In this document: positions 17,599 to 26,687 of the stretch, in pieces
Numbering within the stretch: position 1 is the first letter of the stretch
Layout of the letters: each line of letters opens with the position of its first letter
Assembly: GCA_036559665.1 (NCBI GenBank)
Contig: DATBSS010000643.1
Coordinates: forward strand, 1-50,069
Direction: 5' to 3'
Length of the DNA stretch: 50,069 nucleotides
Source: Myxococcaceae bacterium
GTDB taxonomy: Bacteria; Myxococcota; Myxococcia; Myxococcales; Myxococcaceae
The notes under the pieces: model-generated
The model's database searches: none
What the model was told of the DNA's origin: nothing
The model's input: only the letters and a program-made list of their open reading frames with translations
Translations under genes and position numbers: made by a program

Positions 17599-17915
17599 TC
17601 TCCGGCTGTAGGTGACCGTGGGCTGTTCACCCCGAGCGCCGCGGACAAGTGCATCACCGGACAAGCGAACAGGAATGATGCCGGCGCGGGCTGGGTGCGC
17701 CTTGCCTCCACGTCTCGAGGTGCGCACTGTCCGTGCTCCCCCTCCTGGAGAGGCGGCCGGGCTGCAAGGGCCCCGCGCCAAGGCTTAGAACGACAGTGAA
17801 CGGAACCCTGCCGGGCCCGGTGACTGGCCCGAACATTCCAAGAATAGTTTCCCGGGGACGCTTGTCCCCACCCACCCTCGCCGTCCGTAGAGGCCATCCC
17901 CTCGTGCCCGCTCCC

Positions 17916-19685
17916 ATGAGCCTCGCTCAGCTCCGCCGAGAGGTGGCCCGGTTGCGGAACACGCTGCGCGAGCAGCCGGGCGACCCGGATGACCGGGAGC
18001 GCCTGGCCTCCGAGCTGGAGCTTCACCAGCTGGAGTTGGAGGCGCAGAACCAGGAGCTGCGGGAGGCACAGGCGCGGCTGGAGCTGTCCCAGGCGCGCTA
18101 CGCCGCGCTCTACCACGGCGCCCCGGTGGCCTTCTGCACGCTGGACCGGAGCGGGCTGATCCTGGAGCTGAACGACGCGGCCATCCGGCTGCTCGGGCGG
18201 CCGCCGGAGCACCTGCAGGGCCATCCGCTGGTGGCCCTCATCGCGGAGGGAGAGCGGCAGTTGCTCTGGTACCACCTGCGGCGCTGCGCCGAGCAGGGTG
18301 CCGGCCGGAAGGAACGGGTCTGCACCGAGCTCTTGCTGGCGCCGGCGCCCCACTCGACCCGGCAGCAGCGGGTACAGCTGCTCACCATCGCCACCCCATC
18401 GCCCGGGGACGGCTACCACACCGCCATCCTCGACGTCACCGCCGAGCGCCAGGACCAGGGGCGGCTGGTGATGCTGGCGATGGCGGCGCACAAGCTGGGC
18501 GAGGCGCGGGACGAGCCCGGCGCGCTGGAGGCGATCTGCGCCGCCGCCATCGACTCCATGGTGGATGTGGCCGCGGCCTGGCTGGACGATCCGGAAGGTG
18601 GGTCGCTCGGCGCCGCCGCGGGGCCGGCCACGGTGGTGGAGCGGCTCCGGAAGGCCATCGAGTCCCGATCGCTGCCGCCGGCCCTGGTGGAGCTGGCGCG
18701 CCAGGTGGCCGCCGGGCCGTCCGAGATGCAGCTCTCCCCCGACCTCTCCGCCTGGCTGTTCGGCGGCGAGGGCACGCCGGCCACGGTGATCATGGCGGTG
18801 CCGGAGGCGCGGCACGGGGTCCGGGTCTGGCTGCTGGCGGCGGTGCAGTCGCCGCGGCAGGGGTTCGCCGCCGAGGATCTGCTGGTGCTGCAGCAGCTGG
18901 CGGAGCGGCTGGGCCAGAGCGTCCAGTCGATGCGCCTGTACCGGAAGGCGCTCCGGGAGGTGCAGGTGCGGGAGGACTTCCTGGCCATCGTCTCCCATGA
19001 CCTGGTGGACGCGGCAGCCAGCATCAAGCTCACCGCGGACGCCATGGACCTGCAGGCGCTGCCGGGCTCGCATCGCGTCTACGTGCAACGGGTGCGCGTG
19101 TCCGCGGAGTGGATCTCCTCGGTGGTGCGCAAGCTCCTGGACGTGGCGGCGCTGGAGAGCGGCGTGATGCCGGTGGACCTGGCGGCGCTGCCCGCGGGCG
19201 CGCTGCTGGAGGAGGCACGCGACTCGCTGGCGCCGCTGGCGGCGGAGAGCGGGATCAAGCTCCGGATCCGGACGGCGCGCGACACCTGGGTGCGCGCGGA
19301 CGGGGAGCGGCTCCTCCAGGTGTTCTCCAACCTGGTGGTCAACGCCCTCAAGCATTCCCCGCCCGGGAGCGCGGTGGACCTGGAGGTGAGTCGCGCCGGG
19401 GCCGAGGTCCAGTTCGTGGTGCGCGACCAGGGGCCAGGCATTGCGCCGGAAGACCTGCCCCACGTGTTCGACCGCTTCTGGCAGACGCGGCGGGCCAAGC
19501 GCGCCGGGGTGGGCCTGGGGTTGTCCATCGTCAAGGTCATCGTGGAGGCGCACGGCGGGCGCGCCTGGGTGGAGTGCGGGGCCGGGAGCGGGGCCTCGTT
19601 CTGGTTCGCGCTGCCCGCCATTGAATCTCCTGCGGCGACTGCGCTGCAGGCGGCGGCCGAGCGCCGCGAGGAGGACCGAGCGTGA
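17916..19685 (+). CDS. Cytoplasmic sensor histidine kinase (coiled coil, PAS, GAF-like, HisKA, HATPase_c)
   Basis: LELEAQNQELREAQ leader helix then PAS (APVAFCTLDRSGLILELNDAA...). H-box FLAIVSHDL. N, G1 and G2 boxes (NLVVNALKHS, VRDQGPGI, GVGLGLSIV). Start taken at ATG 17916 (MSLAQLRRE) rather than ORF start 17733. Confidence 0.88.
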   Translation: MSLAQLRREVARLRNTLREQPGDPDDRERLASELELHQLELEAQNQELREAQARLELSQARYAALYHGAPVAFCTLDRSGLILELNDAAIRLLGRPPEHLQGHPLVALIAEGERQLLWYHLRRCAEQGAGRKERVCTELLLAPAPHSTRQQRVQLLTIATPSPGDGYHTAILDVTAERQDQGRLVMLAMAAHKLGEARDEPGALEAICAAAIDSMVDVAAAWLDDPEGGSLGAAAGPATVVERLRKAIESRSLPPALVELARQVAAGPSEMQLSPDLSAWLFGGEGTPATVIMAVPEARHGVRVWLLAAVQSPRQGFAAEDLLVLQQLAERLGQSVQSMRLYRKALREVQVREDFLAIVSHDLVDAAASIKLTADAMDLQALPGSHRVYVQRVRVSAEWISSVVRKLLDVAALESGVMPVDLAALPAGALLEEARDSLAPLAAESGIKLRIRTARDTWVRADGERLLQVFSNLVVNALKHSPPGSAVDLEVSRAGAEVQFVVRDQGPGIAPEDLPHVFDRFWQTRRAKRAGVGLGLSIVKVIVEAHGGRAWVECGAGSGASFWFALPAIESPAATALQAAAERREEDRA

Positions 19686-20368
19686 ACACCGAGATCGCAG
19701 AGCAGCCGCTGGAGCAGCGCCTGAAGGTGCTCCTGCTGGAGGACCACCGGATCGTCCGGGAGAGCCTGGCCTCGGCGCTGGAGGCCAACGGGGTGCAGAT
19801 CGTCGGCGCCTACGGGGACACCCCTTCCTTCCTCGCCGGCGCTCGGCGGGGCGAGGCGGACGTGGCGCTGGTGGACATCACGCTGGAGGGGCCCACCGGG
19901 GACGGGCTCTCCGCGCTCCAGGCGCTGCCTGGCGTGGCGCCGTCGCTGCGGGCGGTGGTGCTCTCCGCCTCGCACGACCCGGCGGTGGTGGAGAAGGCGT
20001 ACCAGCTGGGCGCCTGTGCCTACCTGCACAAGCTGGACGCGGACTGCAACCGGATCATCTCCACGCTGCGGGCCGCCTTCCGCGGGGAGCGGATGGCGGA
20101 CGGCCGCGCCTTCGAGGACGCGCTGCGCAGGCCCCCCACGCCGCGCGACGCCGCGGACCCGCTGGGCGTGCTCACCGACCGGGAGCGGGACGTGCTGGCC
20201 TGCGTGGCGTCCGGGGCGGACAACCTCAAGATCGCCGCCATCCTCAACATCACCGAGCGCACCGTGCGCGCCCACGTCTCCAGCCTGTACCGGAAGCTGG
20301 GGCACGAGAACCGCGCCGAGCTGGCGATCTTCGCCCGCGACCTGGGGATCAAGCCGAGGACGCAGTAG
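19682..20368 (+). CDS. NarL/LuxR-family response regulator
   Basis: Receiver domain (VLLLEDH, VALVDITLEG) plus LuxR helix-turn-helix (LTDRERDVLACVASGADNLKIAAILNITERTVRAHVSSLYRKLG). The GTG start overlaps the kinase stop (GTGA). Confidence 0.92.
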   Translation: MNTEIAEQPLEQRLKVLLLEDHRIVRESLASALEANGVQIVGAYGDTPSFLAGARRGEADVALVDITLEGPTGDGLSALQALPGVAPSLRAVVLSASHDPAVVEKAYQLGACAYLHKLDADCNRIISTLRAAFRGERMADGRAFEDALRRPPTPRDAADPLGVLTDRERDVLACVASGADNLKIAAILNITERTVRAHVSSLYRKLGHENRAELAIFARDLGIKPRTQ

Positions 20369-21169
20369 TCAGCGGCGGCGCTCCTCGCGGCGCTCGCGGA
20401 TCTGCTGCTTGAGGATGCGGCGTTCGCGCGCCCGCTCGCGCTCCAGGGCGCGCCGGAGCCAGCGCTCCCGGTGCTTGCCGACGAAGGCGGCCTGGCGGGC
20501 GCGGCGAAGCTCGAAGCGGTGCTTGGCCAGCGCGTGGGCCCCGAACGTCACCGCGCTGCCGGCGGCGATGCGCTCCACCTTGGGGAAGCGTGGGCGCTGC
20601 TGGAGGCCGGCGCCCATGGGGTCCTGGTCGGCGCTGGCGGGTCGTGGGGAGCCCATGGCCATGGCCTGCGGCGCCTCCGGGGAGACGGCGTGGGCGACCT
20701 CCACCTCGCCCTCCTCGACGCCGACCTCGAAGTCGGCGTCCTTGCCTCCGCCCAGGTCGACGGTGAAGACGGTGCCGCGGACGCCGGCCACGCCGCGCTC
20801 GGTGGCGACCTCGAACTTGGATTCGGAGCCGGCGACGAGCTTGGACACCTTGGCCCAGAGCGAGCCGATGAGGAGCCTGGCGGAGAATGTGGTGGAGCCC
20901 TGCTCGCCGAAGCGCGCCTCGTCGAGCTGGAGGCGGGAGCCTTCGGCCAGGGCGATCACGCTCTCGTCGGAGAGGGTAATGGCCAGGTTGGCGCCGGCCG
21001 CCACCTCCAGCACGTCCCCCACCTCCACCGCGTCCCCTTCCTTCAGCAGCACCGGCGCGGCGGCGCCCTTCGGCGTCCGGGTGGCGGAGCCCTCCAACTC
21101 GGAGACGGTGCCCGCGCCCGCGAGGGCGGCGGCGGGGAGGAGCAGCGCGAGGGCGAGGAGGCGTTTCAT
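20369..21169 (-). CDS. Secreted FecR-domain protein with an extremely Arg/Glu-rich C-terminal tail
   Basis: Signal peptide MKRLLALALLLPAAALAGAG. FecR-like beta region (LKEGDAVEVGDVLEVAAGANLAITLSDESVIALAEGSRLQL ... VRGTVFTV). Tail is ...HRERWLRRALERERARERRILKQQIRERREERRR. The ATG shares 1 nt with the stop codon of the upstream AAA+ gene (TGATG). Only the last 266 aa of ORF 20369..22414 are real. Confidence 0.8.
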   Translation of the reverse strand: MKRLLALALLLPAAALAGAGTVSELEGSATRTPKGAAAPVLLKEGDAVEVGDVLEVAAGANLAITLSDESVIALAEGSRLQLDEARFGEQGSTTFSARLLIGSLWAKVSKLVAGSESKFEVATERGVAGVRGTVFTVDLGGGKDADFEVGVEEGEVEVAHAVSPEAPQAMAMGSPRPASADQDPMGAGLQQRPRFPKVERIAAGSAVTFGAHALAKHRFELRRARQAAFVGKHRERWLRRALERERARERRILKQQIRERREERRR

Positions 21170-22923
21170 CACCGCTCCTCCAGCAGCATCTTCAGCTCCC
21201 GGATCCTCCGGGTGACGTAGTCGCGCTCCATCGTACGGAACTGCTCCGGGAGCAGCTCGCGGGAGGTGCACTCCTGCACCGCGGCCAGGTTCTGCAGCTC
21301 GATCTCCAGCGGGTAGGAGGGCGGCACGAAGTCCTTGAGGACCTCCGTCACGTCGTTCGCCGTCACCTGGTCCCGGCCCTCCGAGAGGGCCCGGAACTTC
21401 GAGCGGACCATCACCGCCTCGATGTCCGCGCCGGAGAAGGTCCGGGAGTGGTCCGGCAGCAGCGCCGAGAAGGACGGCAGCTCCACCTCCACCTTCGTCT
21501 TCTTGCAGATGACCTTGAACAGCTCGTCCCGCTCCTGGTCCGTCTGCGGATAGAAGAGCGCCACGTGCTCCTCCGCCCGCCCCTGCCGCTTGAGGTCGAT
21601 GGGCAAGAGATCTGGCCGGCAGGTGAGCAGGAACCAGATGATCTTCCCGCGGTACTCCGTGTTCCCCATGAAGGAGGCGATGGAGGCGAACACCCGGCTG
21701 GAGGTCCCCGAATCGCCGGAGGCGTCCCGGTTGCCCAGGAAGGCGTCCGCCTCGTCGATCATCACCGCCACCGGCCACAGCGCCTTGAGCAGGTTGAAGA
21801 TCTTCTCGAGGTTGGCCTCTGTGACGCCCTGCCACTGCGAGCGGAAGTTGAGGAACTTCACGCAGGGCACGCCGATCTCCCCGGCGAAGCAGGTCACCAG
21901 GAACGTCTTCCCCGTCCCCACCGGCCCGGAGATCAGGTAGCCCATGGGCATCACCTCGATCCGGCCCTTCTTCAGCGCGGCCGAGGCGTGGCGCAGCATG
22001 GACTTGGCCTTGGCGTGCCCGGCCACCGCGTCCAACGCGTGCGAGGGCTCGATGAACTCCAGGAGGCCGTGGCACTCCGCCTGGATGATCTCGCTCTTCT
22101 TCTCCTTCAGCAGCGCCGGGGTGACGGTGACGCCCCGCTCGATGGCCTCGATGAGGATCCGGTCCAGGTTGATGCGCGACAAGCCGGCGGTCATCTTCGC
22201 CAGCCCCTGCAGCGGGACCTCGGAGACCGAGGACAGCTTCCGCCCCTCCAGCTTGTACTTCACGTACTCCAGCCGCTCCTCCTCGTTGGGCAGCGGCACC
22301 TCGATGTTGGCGACGTACGGGTTCCGGGTCAGCCGCGGGGCCATCTCCGCCAGGTTCTCCACGATGAGGACGATGGAGAGGTCCCCGGCCAGGAACTGCG
22401 GATCGGTCGCCCACTTGGTCAAGGTGGCGAGCACGAACCGGTCCTCGGCGGACAGGTGGGACAGGTCGCCGCCGGGGGCCAGCGTCTCCGCGAAGTCGAT
22501 CACCAGCGCCAGCGACTTCCCGTCGGACAGCCGCATCCGCAGGTAGTTCTCCAGGATCTGCAGCGCCCGCCCCGGGTCCCGCGGCATCACCTTGGCGAAG
22601 TCCGTCCCGTAGAGCGTGTCGTACGCCGCCATCGCCCGCTGGAGGTCCTGCTGCGTCTCCGGCAGCGCGGCGCGCACCCCGGAGGAGCGGTCGTAGAAGA
22701 CGACGTGGTCGCGCCCGCCGAACAGCTCGTCGGAGAGGAAGCTCCTCAGGGGGCCGAAGGCCCGGCCGCCCTCCTCGTCGGTGACCGGCTGCAGGTCGCG
22801 CACCGCCCCGTAGACGATGAAGGTGGAGACCGTCCTGGTGTAGTAGCGCTGGGCCAGCTTCTGCGCCCAGGGTGGCAGCCCCGCCAGCGGGTCCGCCTTG
22901 CCCTTCCGTGCTCGGGCCATCAT
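21169..22923 (-). CDS. AAA+ ATPase of the classic AAA clade, with a degenerate N-terminal AAA-like module
   Basis: C-terminal module has Walker A GPVGTGKT, Walker B VAVMIDEAD, and TCRPDLLPIDLKRQGRAEEHVAL (equivalent to TNRPD..LD.AL.RPGRFD). The N-terminal ~330 aa have the same strand order but lack GKT (FIVYGAVRD). They have LALVIDFAE in place of Walker B and end with the AAA-lid-like EVPLPNEEERLEYVKYKL. GGAGAGGG Shine-Dalgarno. Confidence 0.88.
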   Translation of the reverse strand: MMARARKGKADPLAGLPPWAQKLAQRYYTRTVSTFIVYGAVRDLQPVTDEEGGRAFGPLRSFLSDELFGGRDHVVFYDRSSGVRAALPETQQDLQRAMAAYDTLYGTDFAKVMPRDPGRALQILENYLRMRLSDGKSLALVIDFAETLAPGGDLSHLSAEDRFVLATLTKWATDPQFLAGDLSIVLIVENLAEMAPRLTRNPYVANIEVPLPNEEERLEYVKYKLEGRKLSSVSEVPLQGLAKMTAGLSRINLDRILIEAIERGVTVTPALLKEKKSEIIQAECHGLLEFIEPSHALDAVAGHAKAKSMLRHASAALKKGRIEVMPMGYLISGPVGTGKTFLVTCFAGEIGVPCVKFLNFRSQWQGVTEANLEKIFNLLKALWPVAVMIDEADAFLGNRDASGDSGTSSRVFASIASFMGNTEYRGKIIWFLLTCRPDLLPIDLKRQGRAEEHVALFYPQTDQERDELFKVICKKTKVEVELPSFSALLPDHSRTFSGADIEAVMVRSKFRALSEGRDQVTANDVTEVLKDFVPPSYPLEIELQNLAAVQECTSRELLPEQFRTMERDYVTRRIRELKMLLEER

Positions 22924-22942
22924 CCCTCTCCGCGCCGCGCGC

Positions 22943-25330
22943 CTACTTGCACGACGGCAGCTTGACCAGCTTCATCACAATAGGCTTGGAGGCGTCGAGC
23001 TGGCCGTCGATCGCGATCTCCGCCACGTCGTAGCACTTCTTCTTCAGCTCCAGCTTCTGCGCGTCGCCGGGGAGCTTGAGGCTGGCGGGCGTGACCAGGT
23101 TGGCCGGCTTGCCGCCGACCCAGATGTCCGCGCCCGCGGGGTCCGACCGCACGTCCAGCACCATCTCCGCGGACTGGAGCTTGAGGGTCTTGCGGATGGT
23201 GTCCTGCCCCTCCGCCGGGGTGAGCTTCTCGACCGCCGGGCGGAAGCCCTTCTTGCGCGCCTCCAGCGTCGCCTCGACGTTCAGCGGGATCTCCAGCGTG
23301 AGCAGCGCGCCGTCGCCCTCGGGCCGCTTGGTGTCGCCGTTGAGCAGCACCTGGGCGTCCTTGGGGTCGGTGGTGACGAACAGTTGCGCCGCCGCCACGG
23401 TGCGCTTGAGCGCCACGGTGACCTTGGTGGGGGTGGCGCCCTTGAGCACCTCGATGGGCTGGACGAAGTTCTGGTATCCCTCCACGGTCACCAGCACCAC
23501 CGCCGGCCCGGCCTTCATCTTCTGGAGCACCGGCCACTGCTTGGCCTCCAGCGTCCCCAGGTCGATGTCGCTGATCTGCACCCGCGCCTTCGGCGGGATG
23601 GGGGTGGCCTCCACCAGCACGAAGCCCTCCGGCGTGGGCCACAGCACCACCAGGGCCACCGCGGCGATCGACGCCAGCGCCAGCCCGCCCCCCACCAGCC
23701 CCACCACGCGCGCCCGCCCGGATCCGAGCATGTGTTCCGACCCGGTGGGCGAATCCAGCTCGTCCTCCGGGAGCGGGTCGCCGCGCAGCCGCGGCGGCGC
23801 CATGTTGGGCGGCTCCCACTTCGCCCGCGCGTCGGCGCCGTTCTCGGAGGGCGCGGGCACCGGGGCGCCCACCACGTGCGCCCCCGCGCCCTTGCGATGC
23901 CCCGGGACGGTGGCCGGCTCCGGCTCGGCGGCGAACGACCCTGGCCCGGAGTCCTCGTGGGTCTTCATCAGCCGCTCGCGGCGTTCGCGCTCCTTGGCCG
24001 CCTTGTCCTTCTCCTGCTTGGTCTCGTAGCCGGGGCCTTCCGCGATCTGGGTGGCGTGGGAGGAGTCGGTGTCGGGCTCCTGGAGGCTGACCGGGGCGGC
24101 CGCGGTGAGCTTGGGGATCCCCGGCATGGAGGTGCGCCGGATGGGCGGCAGGGTCTCCGCCGGGCGGACCACGGGCACCGCCTGCTCGGTGACCGCCTTG
24201 GCAGCCGCCGCGGCGGACATGGCGGCGCCCGGCGTGGGCGCCCGCCCAGGGGGGGCACCAGGGTTGGAGGGGCGCGGCGGGGTGGCGGCCAGCGCGGGCG
24301 CGGCGCCGAAGCCCATGTCCGCGGCGGCCGCTATCCCCTCCGGCGGCTTGATCTCCGCGTAATCCTGGAGCCGCATCTTCTCCCGCTCCACCTCCTCGGC
24401 GAAGGTGGACTTCATGTACTGCATCAGGTCCTTGCGGCTGAAGATGGAGTCGGAGGTGATCAGGAACCGCTGCAGGTCGTCCGCCAGCTCGTTGGCGTAC
24501 TGGTAGCGGGTGTCCACGTCGCGGGCCAGCGCCTTGAGGACGATCTTCTCGAGGTTCTCGGGGACCCGGCGGTTGTAGGTGGAGGGCGGGGTCACCTCCG
24601 CCTTCCGCACCTTCTCCAGCACGGAGAAATCGGAGTCGCCCACGAAGAGGCGCTCGCCGGTGAGCATCTCGTAGAGACAGACGCCGATGGCGAACACGTC
24701 GCTCCGGCGGTCCAGCGGCAATCCGCGGATCTGCTCCGGGCTCATGTACCCGAACTTGCCCTTGAGGATGCCGGCCTGGGTCTTGGTCGCCTTGCCGGCC
24801 GCCTTGGCGATGCCGAAGTCGATGACCTTGACCTCGCCCTCGTAGCTGATGAGGACGTTCTGGGGGGACACGTCGCGGTGGACGATGTTCATGTCCCGCC
24901 CCATCCCGTCCTTCTTCCGGTGGGCGTAGTCCAGGCCCTCGCACAGCTTGGAGACCACGTAGCAGGACAGCGGGATGGGCGCCGGCTCCCCCTTCTTCCG
25001 GCAGCGCTCAAAGATCGCGCGCATGTCCTTGCCGGGGATGTACTCCATGGCGATGAAGTACGAGTTGTTGATGGCCCCCAGCTCGTAGATCTGCGCGATG
25101 TTGGCGTGGGTCAGCTGGACGCTGATCTTCGCCTCGTCGATGAACATCGTGATGAACTCTTCGTCCTCGGCGATGTTCGGGAGGATCCGCTTGATGGCAA
25201 CCAGGCGCTCGAAGCCGCCGGCGCCGAACATCTTCCCGCGCCACACCTCCGCCATGCCGCCGATGTTGATGCGGTCGAGCAGGAGGTACTTCCCGAATGG
25301 GACGGGCTGCCTCTTGGCGGTGGCGCTCAC
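22943..25330 (-). CDS. Transmembrane Ser/Thr protein kinase with a periplasmic PEGA-domain region
   Basis: Hanks kinase motifs: GGMAEVWRG, VAIKRI, HRDVSPQNVL, DFGIAKA, GYMSPEQ. A Pro/Ala-rich linker is followed by one TM helix (VVGLVGGGLALASIAAVALVVLW). Then come PEGA-like beta-sandwich repeats (e.g. VRSDPAGADIWVGGKPANLVTP, VTTDPKDAQVLLNGDTK). Confidence 0.9.
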   Translation of the reverse strand: MSATAKRQPVPFGKYLLLDRINIGGMAEVWRGKMFGAGGFERLVAIKRILPNIAEDEEFITMFIDEAKISVQLTHANIAQIYELGAINNSYFIAMEYIPGKDMRAIFERCRKKGEPAPIPLSCYVVSKLCEGLDYAHRKKDGMGRDMNIVHRDVSPQNVLISYEGEVKVIDFGIAKAAGKATKTQAGILKGKFGYMSPEQIRGLPLDRRSDVFAIGVCLYEMLTGERLFVGDSDFSVLEKVRKAEVTPPSTYNRRVPENLEKIVLKALARDVDTRYQYANELADDLQRFLITSDSIFSRKDLMQYMKSTFAEEVEREKMRLQDYAEIKPPEGIAAAADMGFGAAPALAATPPRPSNPGAPPGRAPTPGAAMSAAAAAKAVTEQAVPVVRPAETLPPIRRTSMPGIPKLTAAAPVSLQEPDTDSSHATQIAEGPGYETKQEKDKAAKERERRERLMKTHEDSGPGSFAAEPEPATVPGHRKGAGAHVVGAPVPAPSENGADARAKWEPPNMAPPRLRGDPLPEDELDSPTGSEHMLGSGRARVVGLVGGGLALASIAAVALVVLWPTPEGFVLVEATPIPPKARVQISDIDLGTLEAKQWPVLQKMKAGPAVVLVTVEGYQNFVQPIEVLKGATPTKVTVALKRTVAAAQLFVTTDPKDAQVLLNGDTKRPEGDGALLTLEIPLNVEATLEARKKGFRPAVEKLTPAEGQDTIRKTLKLQSAEMVLDVRSDPAGADIWVGGKPANLVTPASLKLPGDAQKLELKKKCYDVAEIAIDGQLDASKPIVMKLVKLPSCK

Positions 25331-25406
25331 GGAGGAGGGGTTGTAGCGGGCCGGCGGATATCCAGGACTTAAGGGCGCCGAGCGTAACTGCGAAAACGCC
25401 CTTTGC

Positions 25407-26687
25407 CTACCCCGCGAGCGCCCGTGCGGGATCCATCCCCGCCGCGTGCCGGGAGGGCAGGAAGGCGCCCGCCAGCGCGGCCAGGAGCCCGAGGAGGACG
25501 CCCCCCGCCAGCAGGGCGGGCGAGAAGTGGAAAAAGCTTTCCGGCTTGAACGGAAAGGGGGGGAGGTAGGCGCTCGCCAGCGCGTCCATGGCGAGTGCGA
25601 GGCAGAAGGCGCCCAGGGTGCCGGCCAGCCCGCCCAGCGCGCCCACCACGGCCGACTCGGCGAGGACCAGGCGCTGCACGTCGGCGCGGGAGGCGCCCAC
25701 CGCGCGCATGATGCCGATCTCCTTCGAGCGCGCGCGCACCTGGGCGAAGAGCGCGTGGGCGATGTTCACCGCGGCCAGGGCGCAGATCAGGATGGAGAGG
25801 AGCGCCAGGGCGGAGGTGGTGACGGCCACCGCGGCACCGGTGCTCTCCGACAGGCGCCGCTCCTGGTCGTCGATCTGCAAGCCCATCCGCTTCACGGTGT
25901 CGATCAGCTCCGGCACCCGGGAGGGGTCCTTCGCCTGGAGCGCCACGCCGGTGTACGTGTCCGCGTCCACCCCGGCGGCGCGGTTGATGCGGCGGGCGGT
26001 CTCCAGCGGGATGGTGAGCCCGGCCAGGAGCGCGCGGTCGGAGACGCCCACCACCTGGGCCTGGGCGGCGGTGGTGGGGCCGGGCGCGACCTGGGCCACG
26101 TAGGAGCGGTTGAACTCCACCGGGAAGGCGAAGCCCACCACCATGGAGCGCGAGAGCTGCGGCAGGCGCCGGGCCGGGGCGAAGGACTTGTTGTAGATCT
26201 CCAAAAGGCGCGAGGCCATCACCGCCGGGATCGGCTTGTCCGGGCCAGGGTCCGTGAAGTCGCCCAACTGCACGTCCTGCTGGACGAGGCCGGGGTCCAC
26301 GCCCACCGCCAGGACCTCCACGCCCATCCGCAAGGGCGCGCCGAAGAAGTCGCCCTGGTAGCGGCTGACCGCCGGGACCCGCACCTGCATCCGCCGGTAG
26401 ACCGCGGCGACCTCCGGCAGCTCGGCCAGGCGGTCCACGGCGGCCTGGTCCAGCGCGCCGCCGCCGAGGAAGGAGCCCAGGGAGAGGGTGGGCGGGACGA
26501 CGTCGATCAGGCTGGCGTCCGTAGGGAAGACCTTCTCGCGCACCACCCGGTCCACCCCGGAGCCCAGCGCCACGAAGAACACCAGCGCGCCCACGCCGAT
26601 GGCCACGCCGAAGGCGGAGAAGGCCGCGCCGCGCCGGTCGCGGCGGAGCGAGAGGGCGGCCAGCCGCGCCAGGGAGCCCGGCGTCAT
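25407..26687 (-). CDS. FtsX/MacB-LolCE-type ABC transporter permease (4 TM plus a large periplasmic loop)
   Basis: TM1 near the N-terminus, a ~250-aa extracytoplasmic domain, then three C-terminal TM helices with the FtsX-type segment (EIGIMRAVGASRADVQRLVLAES). The ATG overlaps the ATPase stop (ATGA). Confidence 0.85.
   Translation of the reverse strand: MTPGSLARLAALSLRRDRRGAAFSAFGVAIGVGALVFFVALGSGVDRVVREKVFPTDASLIDVVPPTLSLGSFLGGGALDQAAVDRLAELPEVAAVYRRMQVRVPAVSRYQGDFFGAPLRMGVEVLAVGVDPGLVQQDVQLGDFTDPGPDKPIPAVMASRLLEIYNKSFAPARRLPQLSRSMVVGFAFPVEFNRSYVAQVAPGPTTAAQAQVVGVSDRALLAGLTIPLETARRINRAAGVDADTYTGVALQAKDPSRVPELIDTVKRMGLQIDDQERRLSESTGAAVAVTTSALALLSILICALAAVNIAHALFAQVRARSKEIGIMRAVGASRADVQRLVLAESAVVGALGGLAGTLGAFCLALAMDALASAYLPPFPFKPESFFHFSPALLAGGVLLGLLAALAGAFLPSRHAAGMDPARALAG

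Noticed and set aside
15085-19553. Minus-strand ORFs 15085..17781 (898 aa) and 17553..19553 (666 aa)
   Set aside because: They are antisense to the Slt70-like and histidine-kinase genes. They have no motifs and are low-complexity Arg/Gly/Pro/His-rich.
20369-22414. 681-aa version of the FecR gene. The same issue applies to the 584-aa version of the ABC ATPase (26684..28438), the 394-aa PNP (45557..46741), the 548-aa ASST (11441..13087), the 538-aa LysR (39761..41377) and the 539-aa ORF 13109..14728
   Set aside because: In each case only the C-terminal part is protein-like, and it begins at a start codon coupled to the upstream gene's stop. The N-terminal extensions overlap other well-supported genes and have junk composition.
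22898-25372. 824-aa plus-strand ORF and 674-aa minus-strand alternative frame over the PEGA kinase
   Set aside because: The 22943..25330 minus frame carries the full set of Hanks kinase motifs. The others are Arg/Gly/His-rich shadows.
25352-25395. Hairpin AAGGGCG...CGCCCTT between the FtsX permease and the PEGA kinase, as a terminator
   Set aside because: It has only a 7-bp stem with a 19-nt loop and no U-tract on the minus strand, so it is not convincing as an intrinsic terminator.
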